A stretch of DNA of 64,000 bases from Desulfurococcaceae archaeon (GTDB lineage: Archaea; Thermoproteota; Thermoprotei_A; Sulfolobales; Desulfurococcaceae), in the NCBI GenBank assembly GCA_038888155.1, contig JAWAJB010000004.1, positions 1 to 64,000 on the forward strand. Direction: 5' to 3'. The stretch's first letter is position 1. Every line of letters starts with the position of its first letter. The translations under genes were made by a program, and so were the position numbers. Below the pieces are notes generated by a model. The model was not told the DNA's origin and ran no database searches. It worked only from the letters and a program-made list of their open reading frames with translations. Of the stretch, positions 29,930-39,837 are shown piece after piece.

Positions 29930-30014
29930 GCGGGGGTGCCCGAGCTTGGCCAAAGGGGGCGGACTCAAGATCCGCTGGTGTAGGCCTGCGTGGGTTCGAA
30001 TCCCACCCCCCGCA
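29930..30014 (+). tRNA. tRNA-Leu(CAA)
   Basis: Cloverleaf with long variable arm; anticodon arm GCGGA-CUCAAGA-UCCGC; T-loop GGUUCGAAUCC. Confidence 0.97.
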
Positions 30015-30422
30015 TGAAGCAAACTCACGGTTTCGCTGGAAGTTATTGGCTTTGTACTTGGCCAATTGAAGGGATAAGCGTTGCTTAGGCGACTGACAAT
30101 TATGTGCTTTGATAGCAAATTGAGAGAGATGCTTCGCCGCGATCAATCACGTGCTTATTTTTCTGCGCTAACCCACCTTAGACGTAGAGCTGGCCTTTAA
30201 TCCTTAATTACTAAAGGTACTCAAATCACCAGCAGCAGGGTTCGCGCCAAGAGAAGGGTCGAAATTGCTCTTTCTAGGGGGAACGGCTTTTAGTTATCCT
30301 TGCGGATAGATATCGATTTAAGAGCGCAAGGAGTTAGGGCAAAACAGGAGCATTAACCTTTTACTGAATAAAATGTGGCTGAAATTCGCTTTAAACTTTG
30401 CCCTTCAATCGGCTCAATAGAG

Positions 30423-31397
30423 CTAAGCTGAGAACTCGGCTAGCAAGTTCGATACGGCTATTTTGATTCTCCTTAACTTTTCGAAGCCGATCTCGTATAA
30501 TTTATCAACTGGTGCGACACCCCTCATTCCTCCAAAACCGTCATCAGCAGAAACGAGGTCTATGTTAAGACCGACTCTTTTAACTATGTCTCTGAGAAGG
30601 TAACTCAGTTCATCGACGGATTCAGTTGCTAAGCTCTTGCTACTAGCAACTCCTGGCGCAAGCCTCTTTGAATGACACTCTATTAGTTCTTTGTTTAATA
30701 TCCCTAAGTTATCTCTCATATCGTAAAATTCTAGGTTAACTACATCTAGGTTCTCTGCGCCCATCAGAGAGTGGAAAAGTAGCTTAGATACTCTACCACA
30801 CACGTGTATACAGTGTTCCCCCCCAAGGCCGCTGTATACGTAGTCTACGTAATGAGTAATGTCTTCGGGTGTATAGCCTAGGAGAAGCTTTCTAGCTCCC
30901 ACGATAACCGAGAGCATGGGCTCATCTATGAAAAGCACATTGTAGCCAATGCTTTCTAGGTACTTTAAGTTTCTTTTTACGTACTCAAAAAGCGATTCAA
31001 GTATTCCTTTATCAGCTAGCGCCGTTGCAGAGAAGTCATCCCGTTTAGGTGAAATTAGTATATTGCTTGCCAGCGTGAAAGCGCCAGTTACTGGACCCCT
31101 CATGTAGTTAAAAGACCCCCTTGCAATGCGCGCAAATTCCTCGGCTTCCCACACAGTGGTTTGAATTGCAGGGGGTTTCCTGAGGGCATCGATGTCCTTG
31201 ACTAAATACATTCCACCGACATCTACGAGTATGCCCTCCTCAATGTATGGGGAGATAAACATCTTTACGAAGTCCCTTAGCTGAGGGTAAGCGGGTACAT
31301 CCACGCCTGCGCTAATGTAGCCTTCGAGGGATTTCCTCACGTACTCCTGTGTTGGATCAAAGGGAAAGCTGCCAACGTGGCTAACTCTTATAGTCAT
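30423..31397 (-). CDS. Single-barrel ('core') MetE-like Zn methyltransferase / methionine synthase
   Basis: HVGSFP, YPQLRD, RGPVTGAFTLA, IDEP and HVCG. The C-terminal motif is SADDG where (P)DCG is expected. Confidence 0.8.
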   Translation of the reverse strand: MTIRVSHVGSFPFDPTQEYVRKSLEGYISAGVDVPAYPQLRDFVKMFISPYIEEGILVDVGGMYLVKDIDALRKPPAIQTTVWEAEEFARIARGSFNYMRGPVTGAFTLASNILISPKRDDFSATALADKGILESLFEYVKRNLKYLESIGYNVLFIDEPMLSVIVGARKLLLGYTPEDITHYVDYVYSGLGGEHCIHVCGRVSKLLFHSLMGAENLDVVNLEFYDMRDNLGILNKELIECHSKRLAPGVASSKSLATESVDELSYLLRDIVKRVGLNIDLVSADDGFGGMRGVAPVDKLYEIGFEKLRRIKIAVSNLLAEFSA

Positions 31398-31475
31398 TCA
31401 CGACACCCCTTTTATTGCTTATAAGATTCTAAGTTGCTTTATAGACTAAAAACGCTTATTGGTTATTCTTAGCGG

Positions 31476-32144
31476 GTGTGTAACTTGAGCAAGTCCGATA
31501 TACTTGATAGAATAAAGAATTGTCTAGTCGAGCTCAACAGGGAGTGTACTATTAGCAGTGTAACAGAGGCACTAAAGATTGGCGTAACAGCAACTGAAGT
31601 TGCCCTGTCGTCGATGTCATCAGCTATGGGAGAGATTGGTCGACTATACGAATCTGGGGATTACTTCATTGCTGAACTACTTGAGGCGTCCTCTATTTTC
31701 AAGGAAGCAATGAGCATCCTGAAGCCGAAACTTAACGAGGAGACATCCAAGTATAGACAACGTGTAAAGGCGAAGGTCGTTATAGGAACGGTGAAGGGGG
31801 ATATACATGACATAGGCAAATCGCTTGTCGCCACAATTCTTGAGGCATCTGGCTATGAAGTAATAGACCTGGGGGTAGATGTACCAGTTGAGAAGTTTTT
31901 AGAGGCCTGCATTAAGCACGAGCCCGAGGTATTGGCGTTGAGCGCCTTGCTAACAACGACTGCCAAGTACATGAAGACCATAGTTGAGGAACTAGTAAAA
32001 CGTGGATTGAGGGAAAAAGTGAAAGTGGTAGTGGGAGGCGCAGCTGTAAGCGAGGTTTTCGCTAAGGAAATTGGCGCGGATGGATGGGCCCCAAACGCTA
32101 TTGAAGCTGTTAAATTAATCAATTCGCTTCTAAATAGAAACTAG
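31476..32144 (+). CDS. Corrinoid (B12-binding) methyl-carrier protein, MtaC/MttC type
   Basis: Cap domain plus GTVKGDIHDIGK, DLGVDVP, SALLTTT and VGGA. Confidence 0.93.
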   Translation: MCNLSKSDILDRIKNCLVELNRECTISSVTEALKIGVTATEVALSSMSSAMGEIGRLYESGDYFIAELLEASSIFKEAMSILKPKLNEETSKYRQRVKAKVVIGTVKGDIHDIGKSLVATILEASGYEVIDLGVDVPVEKFLEACIKHEPEVLALSALLTTTAKYMKTIVEELVKRGLREKVKVVVGGAAVSEVFAKEIGADGWAPNAIEAVKLINSLLNRN

Positions 32145-32153
32145 TGAGTAAAA

Positions 32154-33083
32154 TTAAGTTTTGCCTGGTAGGATTGGCTGATTGAATAGCTTTTGAATCT
32201 TCTTAAGAAGTCCCTTCATTGGGTGGTCATCTGCTAGCTTAAACCCTTTTCTCCTCAGATTGTAACCTAGCAAGCCGTCGACTATCGCTATTATTGGTGC
32301 TACGTATTTAACCCTACTTAGAGGCCCTATCATTATGAAGTCAGCGCCTTTCATCCTTAGGTATGCAGCTACCCCTCCGTGAGAGCCGTATACCTCGTCA
32401 ACTGTAACAGTGCTCTTATTCACATTACCTAGGGCATTAGCAGGCGCGCACCCAGCTGGGGCATCATATAGTGATTTAAACTTCTCTATCGCCTCACCGC
32501 ATATAGCTATACTTCCAGGGTCTATGGCGACAAAATCCACAAACCTGAGCTCTATTCCAGACTCTCTAGCTAGAGGTAAAAGCTTTTCATCAAGTAAGCT
32601 AACTCTATTAACCCAGTCAAGAGACTCGTAAGGATTGCGCGGATTAAATGCAATGAGTACGGCCTTTCCCAAGCGCGATTCGCGGAGAGCTTCTATTTCA
32701 TCAACTGGAGAATCAACGTATAATCCGTTGGCTATAGCGTATTCAGTTAGCCCTAGATCACGCGAGACTTTGTAGCTTTCCGCTCTGATCATCGGATCAG
32801 CAGAGTCTAGGAATATAGGTATATTGAATTCGGCCAAGAAAGGTAATACTCTCTCTATAGACTCTATAGATGGCAACACTACATCTAAGCCAAGCACTAG
32901 TTTATACTCCGTTGTTATTGAAATTGCCTCCTCGATTTTTTGCTTTAGTGTCTCTCTATCAAAGTCGCCTTTAGCGCTCAACAGAGTTTTATCCCCATGG
33001 TAGAATATGGTTGGTACGATCCATGTTGGGCACTCTCCGTGCAGACCTCCTATGCAGTACTTGCCGACCTTGTATGTAGCCAA
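32154..33083 (-). CDS. MtrH/MtgA-family methyl-pterin:corrinoid methyltransferase
   Basis: IGGLHGECPT...TIFYHG...KGDFDR (cf. MtrH GGQPGEYPT...IFY...GxFD), GCAPAN and GADFIMIGP. Confidence 0.85.
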   Translation of the reverse strand: MATYKVGKYCIGGLHGECPTWIVPTIFYHGDKTLLSAKGDFDRETLKQKIEEAISITTEYKLVLGLDVVLPSIESIERVLPFLAEFNIPIFLDSADPMIRAESYKVSRDLGLTEYAIANGLYVDSPVDEIEALRESRLGKAVLIAFNPRNPYESLDWVNRVSLLDEKLLPLARESGIELRFVDFVAIDPGSIAICGEAIEKFKSLYDAPAGCAPANALGNVNKSTVTVDEVYGSHGGVAAYLRMKGADFIMIGPLSRVKYVAPIIAIVDGLLGYNLRRKGFKLADDHPMKGLLKKIQKLFNQPILPGKT

Positions 33084-33150
33084 CTCTACAGCACCAGAAG
33101 CGATTATTAAGTACGGCTATTTATGTATATCTAAAATTTAAACTGAGAGA

Positions 33151-33876
33151 GTGATAATCGTGGAGAAGATCTTAGAAATTCCCCCCAGAAGCAAGAAGTT
33201 TCTCGACAAAGTCATCGAAAATGTAAAAGGCTTATACGAATCGCTCTTCGTTCCCTGCGCGCCAGGGGGGATACCGATGATCGATTGCTTCGCAGCAGGT
33301 GCTTACATATCTTCCAGGTACAACTATGGTATTTTTTCTAGCATAAGGACATACGATTGTGCGCTAAATCACGTTCTCGAAAAGGCAAAAACGGCTTTAG
33401 ACTTCGGATTCCGAGGGATTTTAATCACTAAGGGTGACCCACCCCAGTATGGAAAGGGCCTAAAGGAATCTAGCACGGAAAGCGCCATTAGCTTTATACG
33501 AGAGGCTGGACTAAATATTAATTTAGGAATAGTCATTAGTCTGAGGTTCCAACTAGAGGATATTCGCAGGAGATTGCGGAACCTCCAACCTGACTTTGCT
33601 TTTATTATGCGATATCATCAAGGACAATGCGATGAGCAGAAATTTAAAGAAGTGGTAAGAGAAGCAAGGGATATAGGGACTAAAACCTATGTGTTTATAC
33701 TGCTTGGCACAGAGAAGAACATTCTTGTGTTCAACAAATTAAAACAACCATACATTCATTTGAATGAGTTCGGAAATACTGTAAAGTGGCTCAACAGTGT
33801 TATAGATGGAGTAGTGGTATCCTCGCCACTAGATTTCGAGAGCGCTATTCACTCCGCTAAGGAGCTAATAGCTTAG
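33151..33876 (+). CDS. Methylenetetrahydrofolate reductase-like (MetF fold) protein
   Basis: E..P at the N-terminus, PCAPGG, IRTYD and GILITKGDPP, matching the MTHFR T.RD and L.L.GDPP motifs. Confidence 0.7.
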   Translation: MIIVEKILEIPPRSKKFLDKVIENVKGLYESLFVPCAPGGIPMIDCFAAGAYISSRYNYGIFSSIRTYDCALNHVLEKAKTALDFGFRGILITKGDPPQYGKGLKESSTESAISFIREAGLNINLGIVISLRFQLEDIRRRLRNLQPDFAFIMRYHQGQCDEQKFKEVVREARDIGTKTYVFILLGTEKNILVFNKLKQPYIHLNEFGNTVKWLNSVIDGVVVSSPLDFESAIHSAKELIA

Positions 33877-33888
33877 ATCAATAATTCA

Positions 33889-34929
33889 CTATTTCTTTAC
33901 GTATTTACCTCGAATAGGTATATTCTCTCCACACCTCCTGCACCTATATTTATTACCAGAAAGATCCGCGTCGAATTTTAGGACTTTAAATCCGTACCTG
34001 AAAATTAGAGTTTTTCCACACCTAGGACACTTTGTAGACTCCGCTTCAGAGTCCATTATATTTCCCACGTATACGTATTTCAAACCCTGCCTTGATGCGT
34101 ACTCCTTAATTGATTCCAATTTTTCAAGGGGGGTTGCTGGCTCGTGCCACCTGTGAGCAGGGTAGTATCTATTTATGTGAATGGGTACATCTGGGCCAAG
34201 GTATTTTAAGTGACTGTCTATAATCCACTCATAGCACTCTCTGAAATCATTCGTGTTCGTGACCACGAGGTAGACTATCTCCACGTGAGCCCCTAAATTT
34301 AAAGCTAGCCGAGCGTTCTTGAATACTGCATCGTAGTCTAAGCCCACAAGGGCTCTTTTGATGTGCGGACAGCCCTTTATGCTCGCAGAGAAGCCATCTA
34401 CTCCTGCCGTTATTACTGCTTCGAGAGATCTAGCCGTAAAATACATATTTGTAACCATCATTGAGTAAAGGCCTTGCTTAACGCCTAACTCTGTAACATC
34501 GATCACGTAGTCTAAGTTCGTTATCGGCTCATTGAAGCTAGCTGAAAGACCTCTATCATTATTTGAGATCGCTGTCCTTATGAGGATCTCTGGAGCTACT
34601 GTTTCATGATCCGGCTTTGGCTTCTTAAAGCTCAAGTAGTCATTTTGACACCAAGGGCAATAGAAATTGCATCCATAATTGCTGTATGTTAAGGCCGTTG
34701 ACCCAGGCCAGTAGTGATAAAGTGGCTTTGCCTCAATTGGACGGCTTTCAACAGCACTCAATTTACCATAACCTATGTGGTAAACCTCGCCCTTAATGTT
34801 TACATAATTCCCGCACACACCTGCATAACCCTCCCTTAATATACACCTTCTTTCGCAAACGATACATCTCGTTGTTCCATACGAGGCTTCGTAAAACCTA
34901 GCCCTAACGGGGGTACCCAGATCGACCAC
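33889..34929 (-). CDS. amrS: AmmeMemoRadiSam-system radical SAM enzyme (PFL-activase-like)
   Basis: CIVCERRC, PIEAKPLYHYWPG, GCNFYCPWCQN and YVYVGN..CPRCG. Confidence 0.88.
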   Translation of the reverse strand: MVDLGTPVRARFYEASYGTTRCIVCERRCILREGYAGVCGNYVNIKGEVYHIGYGKLSAVESRPIEAKPLYHYWPGSTALTYSNYGCNFYCPWCQNDYLSFKKPKPDHETVAPEILIRTAISNNDRGLSASFNEPITNLDYVIDVTELGVKQGLYSMMVTNMYFTARSLEAVITAGVDGFSASIKGCPHIKRALVGLDYDAVFKNARLALNLGAHVEIVYLVVTNTNDFRECYEWIIDSHLKYLGPDVPIHINRYYPAHRWHEPATPLEKLESIKEYASRQGLKYVYVGNIMDSEAESTKCPRCGKTLIFRYGFKVLKFDADLSGNKYRCRRCGENIPIRGKYVKK

Positions 34930-35270
34930 CTAAACAAGATATCGCGGAGGAATTTTTCCGACAGGAGACCCTCTGGGGTAAATAAGCTAATAGGGCAATT
35001 TATTTTTTTCTTAGTTCCGAAAAGCCCGAAAATTATGCAGTTCATTGATATTATACCATAGAATAGAAATAGTGAGTTAAGTTTATACTCAATAGAGAAA
35101 AATAACTTTGTGATAGCAATTAATCCTTAACAAATGCACGATATTCTGTGAAAGTAGAAAGATCTTATTTACGACTCATTATTGGACCTAAACCAAAGTT
35201 CATTTCTATTGAAACAAGTAATTCTAGTGTGGATTTAAAACAAGGAGCAGATTTGCAATGCAAAAATTAG

Positions 35271-35379
35271 CGCCGGGGGCGGGATTTGAACCCGCGTACC
35301 CCTTTATGGGGTAGTGGGTCTCCCTAAAGATGTCGCTGGAACTCGAGCCCACCCCCTTAGGCCGCTCGGGCACCCCGGC
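35271..35379 (-). tRNA. tRNA-Ser(CGA) with a 22-nt intron (35320-35341) at position 37/38
   Basis: GCCGGGG acceptor, GUGGG-CUCGAG[intron]A-CCCAC, long variable arm, T-loop GGUUCAAAUCC; relaxed BHB. Confidence 0.9.
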
Positions 35380-35514
35380 ATTTATGTTGATTTAAGGTAT
35401 GTCTACAGCTTCCTAAATAAATTTCACTAGAGGGGTGAATCCCTATTTTAGTTAACTTAAGGCAGATGAACCAACCCAGTTGTAATAACGTGTTCGTTGT
35501 GAAGACTGCCCTTT

Positions 35515-36237
35515 TTACTTGACCGTGAAGTACATGCGCTTCTTGTTCTTCCCTCTGTTCTCTGCCTTAATGAAAACTATTTCCCCGATCTCGCTTGTTC
35601 TCCTCACATGAGGTCCTCCGTCAGCTTGTATATCGATGCCCGGAATTTCAACTATTCTTAGGACGCTTACGCTGGGAGGCATCTTAGTAGCTAACTTTAC
35701 AACGCCAGGTATGTTGAGTGCCTGCTCCCTTGGAAGCCAATATATTTTTACCTCTAAATCCCTCTTGGCTACTCTATTAGCCTCTTCAATGGCGCTCAAA
35801 AATAGGTCTTTATCGAATTTCTCAAGTGTGTAGTCATCATAAGCGTAGTCAGAGGAGATGTTCCCTCCCGATACTAGAGCTCCATAATTCGTGTACATTA
35901 ATGCTGATATTATGTGCGCTGCTGTGTGAAGCCTCATTAACCTATATCTCCTCTCCCAGTCTATGAACATTTTAACTCTTGTGCCGGGAGTCAAATTAAC
36001 CTGTCTTGAGACTTTGTGAGCAACATCGCCACTATCTTTATCGAAGAAGACCTCTACCACTTCAACTCTTTCCCCGTTGTAAGTCAAGAGACCCTTATCG
36101 CACTCAACTCCACCGCTACGGGGATGGAAAATAGTTGCATTAAAGAAAAGTAAATCACCTGAAGCCCGTACAACTTCTCCTTCATACTCCTTTAAGTATG
36201 AGTCAGTCTGGTAGAGTAACTTAGAACCAGTGTCCAT
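35515..36237 (-). CDS. alaX: Trans-editing alanyl-tRNA deacylase AlaX
   Basis: LYQTDSY, FHPRSGG, MRLHTAAH and ADGGPHV. Confidence 0.92.
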   Translation of the reverse strand: MDTGSKLLYQTDSYLKEYEGEVVRASGDLLFFNATIFHPRSGGVECDKGLLTYNGERVEVVEVFFDKDSGDVAHKVSRQVNLTPGTRVKMFIDWERRYRLMRLHTAAHIISALMYTNYGALVSGGNISSDYAYDDYTLEKFDKDLFLSAIEEANRVAKRDLEVKIYWLPREQALNIPGVVKLATKMPPSVSVLRIVEIPGIDIQADGGPHVRRTSEIGEIVFIKAENRGKNKKRMYFTVK

Positions 36238-36317
36238 TTATAACACCATCTTTCTTAGCTTTAGAATATAGTTAGCAGGAATAAAAATACTACAACCCAA
36301 ATAAAAACGCCTATTAT

Positions 36318-36390
36318 TAGCCGGGCGGGGATTCGAACCCCGGTCACGGGGGCCAGAGCCCCGCATCCTTGGCCGCTAGACGACCCGGCT
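36318..36390 (-). tRNA. tRNA-Gln(CUG)
   Basis: A1-U72 acceptor AGCCGGG; anticodon arm CGGGG-CUCUGGC-CCCCG. Confidence 0.96.
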
Positions 36391-36488
36391 ACCCGCTCTA
36401 AAATCAATTAATTTTACACTCTTTTAAAAACTCTCACTGGATTAAGCTTGTTGATAATTTTTAAGCCCTCTTTCATTATCTTTGAGGG

Positions 36489-36562
36489 GGGCCCGTAGCT
36501 CAGCCCGGTAGAGCGGCGGGCTTTTAACCCGTAGGTCCCGGGTTCAAATCCCGGCGGGCCCG
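36489..36562 (+). tRNA. tRNA-Lys(UUU)
   Basis: GGGCCCG acceptor; anticodon loop CUUUUAA; T-loop GGUUCAAAUCC. Confidence 0.97.
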
Positions 36563-36641
36563 CACTCCTCTCCATCAAAACTCAAAAGTGTAAGTGACTA
36601 GGCTGAGTCGATTAACTTAAACGAGCTAGAGAACGAATCAA

Positions 36642-38336
36642 TTACTTTTTACTTGCGCTGAGAAACTCCCTGTATGCCTCTCTGTATATTTCAGATGACT
36701 CCAGTTTATATCTGTCCCTAATGTATTTTTTCGCTATTTTCTCCTTAGGTAAGTTGTGCTTTGCTGCATATTCCTCGATTGTTAAGCTGTAATTTCTATG
36801 AACTTTGTCCCTGTAAATATCATCAAATATGTTAAAAGCACAGAATGGAATGAGCCTGCCATCTGGCACTGCATAGTGGATGTTGCATCGCTGGACTCTC
36901 TGTATATCGTAATTGTAGAGGTCCATGAAGTGCATTTGACCAATAAATAGAAGCTTATAGTGTAGCTCTCCCAATGCCTCATAATCCCGCTTTATAATAA
37001 TGTTGAGTAAGATCTTGTATATATCAATTCCCTCAGGTGCCTTATCCTGGTCTATGAATTTCCTTATATTGTACAGAAGCTTCACTCCCGTTACTACCCT
37101 GCTAGAGCCGCTAATTAGCTCTACCCATTTCTCGCGAAGGTATTCAAGCAAACCATCGATATCTATGAACTTAGTTATGGGAATTAGCCTAACTGATTCG
37201 CCTTTCTTCTCCACGTAGATGTATGTGCCTACTCCACATACTGGGTGGTTAACCATCTCGAACTTAAATTCCCCACTAAATCCCTCTATGAATCTCGAGA
37301 ATAGAGCGCTGGCGTTAACTGGGAACCAGGCTTCTCTCGATATTTCTCCATTAGTCTGTTCTTCGAGTAACTTGACTACATCTGGTATAGTAACTCTGTA
37401 TTTCTCTCTCTCGTGCTTCTTCATCTCGCCAGTCAAGCTAACTGGTTGGAAATTAACAGATCGAACTACATCTATGTTCTTGGCCGCAAACTTAACTATT
37501 GAGCCGAGCTCATGAGTGTTATAGCCCTGCAAAACTACTGGAACGAGGACAACGCTAGTTATACCTGCTGCCCTGAAAACTTCAAATATATATGGCACCT
37601 CCCAGTGGTTTTTCCAATTAGTTTGGGGAGAGACTCCATCAAAACTTAAGTAAACAGTGTTTAGACCGCTTAACCTAAGATCTCTAGCGTACTTAACAGC
37701 TCCCTCTGGATCTTCTAAGTACATTGCCGCGAACTTCAATCCATTTGTGTTTAATTGTATATGCCTAACGCCTTCCTCCCTTAGGAGTTTGACCACGTCC
37801 AATAAGTCTTCTCTTAAGAGGGGTTCTCCTCCTGTGATCTGAATTGCCGTGGTAACTCCCTGCTTTTGAATGCTCTTGACCATTTCTTTTATCTGCTCAA
37901 GCGTAGGTTCATAAACGTAGCCTGCTACCTCAGAATAAAAGAAGCAGTACCAACAACTTAAGTCGCACCTGTTTGTCACAACTAGGTTGACAAGAGCTGT
38001 GTGTTGTTTGTGCATTGGGCACAAGCCGCAGTTAAAAGGACAAGTTGTCTTCGTTGACGTATAAACGTGCCTTGTGCCTCTGCCCTCTTCCTGAAACTTT
38101 TGTATTCTCTTGTAGAGCTCTACATCTCCGTAGTATAGCTCTTCTATTTCGCCATGCTCTGGGCATACTCTACGTATGTAGACTTTCCCGTCTCGCTCAA
38201 CGATGATAGCAGGTAATACTCTATAGCATGTTGGACATATGCTGAGAGTAAGCGAAAGCATTTCTTCATTTCCCCTAAGCGCTGAGATTACGTATGATAT
38301 CTCGCCGGGATGTTTAACGCTCATTGAGTTCACCAC
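36642..38336 (-). CDS. tes: Tetraether lipid synthase (GDGT macrocyclase), radical SAM
   Basis: N-terminal SICPTC...CPEHG, CPFNCGLCPMH, TNRCDLSCWYC, and C-terminal RVQRCNIHY...IPFC. Confidence 0.88.
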   Translation of the reverse strand: MVNSMSVKHPGEISYVISALRGNEEMLSLTLSICPTCYRVLPAIIVERDGKVYIRRVCPEHGEIEELYYGDVELYKRIQKFQEEGRGTRHVYTSTKTTCPFNCGLCPMHKQHTALVNLVVTNRCDLSCWYCFFYSEVAGYVYEPTLEQIKEMVKSIQKQGVTTAIQITGGEPLLREDLLDVVKLLREEGVRHIQLNTNGLKFAAMYLEDPEGAVKYARDLRLSGLNTVYLSFDGVSPQTNWKNHWEVPYIFEVFRAAGITSVVLVPVVLQGYNTHELGSIVKFAAKNIDVVRSVNFQPVSLTGEMKKHEREKYRVTIPDVVKLLEEQTNGEISREAWFPVNASALFSRFIEGFSGEFKFEMVNHPVCGVGTYIYVEKKGESVRLIPITKFIDIDGLLEYLREKWVELISGSSRVVTGVKLLYNIRKFIDQDKAPEGIDIYKILLNIIIKRDYEALGELHYKLLFIGQMHFMDLYNYDIQRVQRCNIHYAVPDGRLIPFCAFNIFDDIYRDKVHRNYSLTIEEYAAKHNLPKEKIAKKYIRDRYKLESSEIYREAYREFLSASKK

Positions 38337-38396
38337 TATAAACTTGTTATAAGAGTGTAAGGTATATAAAGCTCAAAGAAGGGGTGATAGTTCTCT

Positions 38397-38990
38397 TTGG
38401 GCAAAGCGTATGTAATAGCTGGAACTCCTGGAACGGGAAAATCCACTATAGGCAGGAAAATAGCTGAAATGTGCAGCGTTGATATTGTAAACTTAAGCAC
38501 TATTGCTATCGAGATGGGGTTGATCTCGATGTACGACGATCTTCGAGACACTTATGTTATCGATGAAGAGAAACTTGTAGAGTTCATTGTTAAGCTCGCA
38601 GAATCTCGCAGTGGACCTCTAGTTATAATGACGCATTACCCTGAAATAATACCCAAGGACTTAGTTGAAAAAATATATGTGCTTAGAACTCATCCGCTGG
38701 TTCTAGAGAGAAGGCTTGAAGAGAGGGGGTGGAAAAGAGAGAAAATTTATGAGAACGTTATGGCCGAAATACTTGGAGTGATTTTAAGTAGTGCTGTAGA
38801 GGCTTTCGGGGAAGATAGAATATATGAGCTTGATACAACTAAAGTTAGTCCTGAAGAAGTTGCCCAAGTTATATGCAACTCTATGAGGGGCATTGACAAC
38901 TTAAAGCCAGGCAGTAGCATAGATTGGTTGAGCGCGGTGGATCCCAAAGAGGTGGCCAGGTTTAAAGACTATGTGGGGAGCGAGAACTAG
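38397..38990 (+). CDS. AK6/Fap7-type adenylate kinase
   Basis: GTPGTGKST, hhhTH, VLRTHP..L.RRL..RGW...KI.EN..AE. Confidence 0.9.
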   Translation: MGKAYVIAGTPGTGKSTIGRKIAEMCSVDIVNLSTIAIEMGLISMYDDLRDTYVIDEEKLVEFIVKLAESRSGPLVIMTHYPEIIPKDLVEKIYVLRTHPLVLERRLEERGWKREKIYENVMAEILGVILSSAVEAFGEDRIYELDTTKVSPEEVAQVICNSMRGIDNLKPGSSIDWLSAVDPKEVARFKDYVGSEN

Positions 38991-39837
38991 TAGCGGCGGG
39001 CTAATTGTTGCCTCTTGGGCCCAAATAGCAGGATTTGTTCGTAAATCGGATATCGTGTTATTAGTCCTTGATGCGAGAGACCCCTGCAACACATTCTGCA
39101 GAAAGCTCGTAAGCATTGCCAACGATCTCAATAAGAAACTAATAGTAGTTCTCAACAGGTGTGATTTAGTCCCAAAGGAAGTTATAAGAGAGTGGAAAAA
39201 CTTCTTTGAGCTTAGTGGATATTTAACTGTATACACGGCTGCGACACGCAACATAGGTACGCACAGGCTAAAGAGAACAATAAAAGGAGTTGCTCCCTCG
39301 CTGCCTACTGTAGTTACAGTTGTAGGTTATCCCAAGGTAGGTAAATCTTCAATAATAAATGCACTAAAAAACAGGCGCTCAGCCAGCACTAGTCCTTATC
39401 CTGGTAGCCCGGGCTACACTAAGCGCTTTCAAGTTTACAGAGTAGATGAAGATATACTGCTGATAGATACTCCTGGAATACTACCTGTAGAGGGAGATCC
39501 CTTAGTGAAGATCCTGAGGGGGTTCCCGCCGGGAAAAATTCCCGATCCTGTTAACCCTGCTATTATGCTGATACAGCGTATTTTGGAATTCAACCCTAAC
39601 GCATTCATACAGCTATATGGCATCGAATCAACAGAGCCTACTAGGGTACTCGAAGAATTGGCATTATACAGGGGTTGGCTCTACAAGAGAACGGGAGAAC
39701 CAGATATTGAGGAGGCCGCGCGAGCTGTAATAAGGGATTACCACGATGGTAAACTGAGTTTTTATATTAGACCCTCTGAGGTAAACTGTGATATAGGCGG
39801 GAGCACTTATGATCAAGGTAAAGGTACTAGAAGCTAA
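38971..39837 (+). CDS. Circularly permuted ribosome-biogenesis GTPase (YlqF/RbgA family)
   Basis: DARDP, NRCD (G4), GYPKVGKSS (G1) and DTPG (G3), in permuted order. Confidence 0.9.
   Translation: MWGARTSSGGLIVASWAQIAGFVRKSDIVLLVLDARDPCNTFCRKLVSIANDLNKKLIVVLNRCDLVPKEVIREWKNFFELSGYLTVYTAATRNIGTHRLKRTIKGVAPSLPTVVTVVGYPKVGKSSIINALKNRRSASTSPYPGSPGYTKRFQVYRVDEDILLIDTPGILPVEGDPLVKILRGFPPGKIPDPVNPAIMLIQRILEFNPNAFIQLYGIESTEPTRVLEELALYRGWLYKRTGEPDIEEAARAVIRDYHDGKLSFYIRPSEVNCDIGGSTYDQGKGTRS

Noticed and set aside
29894-30146. Short minus-strand ORFs (also 55527-55733)
   Set aside because: They are antisense translations of tRNA-Leu genes (GGWDSNPRRP signature).
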